Positions 48,275-50,924 of a DNA stretch of 50,924 nucleotides are shown piece by piece. How positions within the stretch are numbered: position 1 is the stretch's first letter; every line of letters starts with the position of its first letter. A program made the position numbers and the translations under genes. The stretch covers positions 1 to 50,924 of the forward strand of contig JBDRIL010000010.1 of assembly GCA_043815885.1 (NCBI GenBank). Direction: 5' to 3'. The notes beneath the pieces were generated by a model that was not told where the DNA came from, searched no databases, and worked only from the letters and a program-made list of their open reading frames with translations. This DNA comes from an archaeon (GTDB lineage Archaea > Iainarchaeota > Iainarchaeia > Iainarchaeales > 1-14-0-10-31-34).

Positions 48275-48934
48275 CTATTTTTTGCAAATGCAAAGATAAG
48301 AAATTGGAGTAAAATCAACTATTTTGCATTTTAATTTATTCTTTTGGAAGAGTTTCTCTAATTTATTTTTTGTGAATTGTTCTGAAAAAAACTTGCTCCC
48401 ACTATATACGGTTCCGGTCCTAGTGATTTTAATGCTTTTGAGCTTAGCGTTTTTATAGCTTTCTAATCTTGGTCCCAAGGCTTTTTCATTAAATACACTG
48501 ATAATTATCTTCCCTCCTTTTTTGGAAACCCTTTTCATTTCCCTTAGGGCTTTTTCTTTGTCTTTTCCTTGGTTTCCAAAGGTATTAGCTAAGCACAATA
48601 TGGCATCAAAAGTACAATCCTTAAATTTCATTTTTTTGGCATTTTGTTTATAAATTTCCACATTTTTAAAATGTTTCGTAATCCTTTTTGCTTTGTCCCC
48701 CATAAATTGAGATTCGTCAACCCCCACAACCTTTTTGCAATTCTTTGCTAAAACTTTTAATACTCTGCCAGTTCCACACCCAATCTCTAAAGCATTCCCA
48801 GAAATTTTTCCTACATATTTAATTTCTTTGTTATAAACTTCCTTCAACAAAGGATGTGCTTTCTTAATGAATGCATCCCAGTTTACTATAACCCAATATC
48901 TATTCCAGTCCATTTTACTATTATGCGTGTCCAT
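48275..48934 (-). CDS. Class I SAM-dependent methyltransferase
   Basis: ALEIGCGTG, VVGVD, FDAIL, ALREMKRVSKKGG; start at 48934 chosen to avoid overlap with the upstream gene. Confidence 0.9.
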   Translation of the reverse strand: MDTHNSKMDWNRYWVIVNWDAFIKKAHPLLKEVYNKEIKYVGKISGNALEIGCGTGRVLKVLAKNCKKVVGVDESQFMGDKAKRITKHFKNVEIYKQNAKKMKFKDCTFDAILCLANTFGNQGKDKEKALREMKRVSKKGGKIIISVFNEKALGPRLESYKNAKLKSIKITRTGTVYSGSKFFSEQFTKNKLEKLFQKNKLKCKIVDFTPISYLCICKK

Positions 48935-48957
48935 TGAATACACCAAAATTGAAAAAA

Positions 48958-50235
48958 TCAAAACTCCTTCAAGCTCTTCTGTCCAGTCATTTCTGATTTG
49001 CATTCCAGCTGTTTTTCCAGTTCTTTTTTCTTTTTCTCGAATTCATTTTCATTACTGCAAATAATCGGTTTTCCGTAATTGCCTCCGCCCCCAGGAATAT
49101 ACAAAACAAATCCTTTCCTGAATGAATCAATCTTTTTCCCTGTTTCAGAATGAATTTTTTTCAGTTCATCTATTGGATAATCAATCAATATTTTTATCTC
49201 TGAACCAATTTCCTGCACGAATTCATTCCATATTCTCTGCACTCTTTCAGAGGTTACCTGTTTTGTTCCGGTTGCAATCTGAATTATTTCAGCCAGAGGG
49301 ATTGAATGAATGTAGGAGGGGCGGAAAGAAGGATGCGTTTCCTCCTTGAATTCTGCAAGCATGGAAATTCTGTCTCTAACTCCTCTCTTAATGGTTTTCC
49401 CGCACTTCATGCACTTCCATTTAAGCCTTAAAGCATCATCCAGACTGTATTTAGTGAAGCAGTCATTGCATGCAGTACAATGATACTTGCCTTCCCTTGG
49501 ATTCAATCCAACATTCAGAGTAATTAATTTTTCTTCTTTTTCCTTTAATGCCTTCTTCACTTCCTTAAAAGAAGGCGCTTTTAGTTTCATTCTAGTGAAT
49601 TCCCTTCCCATCCTGTAAGGCCAAGGACTGTGAGCATCCGAAAAACTCACAAAAGAATAATTATGGTTCTCTTTGATTAAATCAGCGAAATAAGAGTCCG
49701 CACTCAAACCCAATTCAATGAAATAAATATTTTTTATTTGTTCTCCATAGCATTCCTTCAATGAATCAAAGTGAGCATAAACCCCAAAGTAAGGAGTGAA
49801 TGCATGTGCTGGCCCAATAATTCCTTTTGAATCATGCACTATTCCTGCAATTCTTTCTCCATTCAGTTTAATTCTTGGACGGCCTCCCCCAAATACATCC
49901 ATGTCACTGGAATACTTCTTCAATTCTTTTTTTGCTTCCAGTACAGCATTATAATCAGGAAAATAAGTGCAGTGATGCACTCTATCAATGTCCTGTACCT
50001 CGGTTCCAAGAATAAAGTTAACGTCATTCTTCTTGTATCTAAATATTCCATTTTCTTCTTCAACCAAATTTTCTTTCACGTGACTGAACCATTTCTCGTG
50101 CAGTATATCAGAGCTGCTTAAGACATGCAGTCCTTTCAGTTTTGCCTGTTCTGCTATAATAGGAATAAGCATATTCTTGCTTACCCCTCCGCTGTAAGGC
50201 CCATGAAAGTGCAAATCACAATCCATTTCCTGCAT
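48958..50235 (-). CDS. endoQ: Endonuclease Q / TIGR00375 family PHP-domain nuclease
   Basis: DLHFH..YS, GPAHAFTP, ELGLSAD, SDAHS, GKYH, Zn ribbon, PGGGGNYG, C-terminal PIP-like QKSLKEF. Confidence 0.9.
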   Translation of the reverse strand: MQEMDCDLHFHGPYSGGVSKNMLIPIIAEQAKLKGLHVLSSSDILHEKWFSHVKENLVEEENGIFRYKKNDVNFILGTEVQDIDRVHHCTYFPDYNAVLEAKKELKKYSSDMDVFGGGRPRIKLNGERIAGIVHDSKGIIGPAHAFTPYFGVYAHFDSLKECYGEQIKNIYFIELGLSADSYFADLIKENHNYSFVSFSDAHSPWPYRMGREFTRMKLKAPSFKEVKKALKEKEEKLITLNVGLNPREGKYHCTACNDCFTKYSLDDALRLKWKCMKCGKTIKRGVRDRISMLAEFKEETHPSFRPSYIHSIPLAEIIQIATGTKQVTSERVQRIWNEFVQEIGSEIKILIDYPIDELKKIHSETGKKIDSFRKGFVLYIPGGGGNYGKPIICSNENEFEKKKKELEKQLECKSEMTGQKSLKEF

Positions 50236-50291
50236 AAAAAACCCCATCAATTTAATAACAAAAACCAATATATTTTAGTTGGTGGAAGGCT

Positions 50292-50924
50292 TTGAGCGAA
50301 CTAAAAAAGGCTTTGTTCTGGAAAAAAGAAAAAGAAAACAAGGTAAAATGCAATGCATGCAACAGAAACTGCCTGATTTCAGAGGGCAAGGTTGGAGTAT
50401 GCAGAGTGAGAAAAAACATTAAGGGAGAACTCTTTTCCCTGGTTTACGGAAGAACTCTCACTCTTGAAGTCGACCCAATAGAAAAAAAACCCTTATTCCA
50501 CTTTAAACCAGGAACCCAATGCCTTGGTGTGAGTACTTATGGATGTAATTTCTCCTGCCTTCACTGCCAGAATTATCATATCTCTCAGCAATTCACTGAG
50601 GAAATGATTGAAAGAACCTCCTACACTTCCCCAAAGGAAATAGTTGAAAAAACACTGGAAGAAGGAGTCCCAGGAATTGCTTACACCTACACAGAACCAA
50701 CCATCTTCATTGAATATGCCTTGGATAAAATGTAGTTAGCAAGAAAGAAAGTCCTATACAATGTATTTGTAAGCAATGGCTATATGAGTGATGAACTCCT
50801 CCAAGAATTAAAGCCTTTTCTTGATGCAATAAATGTTGACTTAAAGGGAAACAAGGAATTCTATAAAGAAATCTGCGGGGGAATAAAAGAAGAAAAAGTC
50901 AGGGAAACAATTGAATGGCTTCAC
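50292..50924 (+). CDS. amrS: AmmeMemoRadiSam system radical SAM enzyme; partial, with an in-frame TAG at 50733
   Basis: CNACNRNC, GVCRVR, DPIEKKPLFHF, GCNFSCLHCQN, YTYTEP; homologous sequence NVFVSNGY...DAINVDLKG continues past the TAG. Confidence 0.88.

Noticed and set aside
50733..50735. Genome-wide amber recoding or pyrrolysine
   Set aside because: TAG terminates several conserved genes at their expected ends in this window, and this is a single instance near the sequence end.

Overview
This is a gene-dense, AT-rich archaeal chromosome segment. The gene content suggests a DPANN lineage, possibly Diapherotrites/Iainarchaeota or Micrarchaeota (inference). Housekeeping genes include topA, cdc48 (with a 495-aa LAGLIDADG intein), cdc6/orc1, pheST, nob1, ychF, rfcL, gdhA, rnz, lonB, csl4-rpoL-DUF99-sec11-pcn, a second pcn, priL-priS-gins-rps27e-aIF2alpha-PAC2, endoQ and an AmmeMemoRadiSam radical SAM gene. 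The most notable locus is a convergent cluster of six class III signal peptide (pilin-like) genes. It is flanked by a site-2 (M50) protease and a membrane-tethered ArsR-type regulator, and the regulator is preceded by an unannotated 27-aa hydrophobic ORF. Other notable elements are a four-copy double inverted repeat behind gdhA, a structured non-coding element after topA, two divergent PCNA paralogs, an NFACT/degenerate-HD/Cdc48 gene string, a secreted 7-repeat beta-propeller protein, and several disrupted genes that may be sequencing errors. I recognised no rRNA, tRNA, CRISPR array or transposase.
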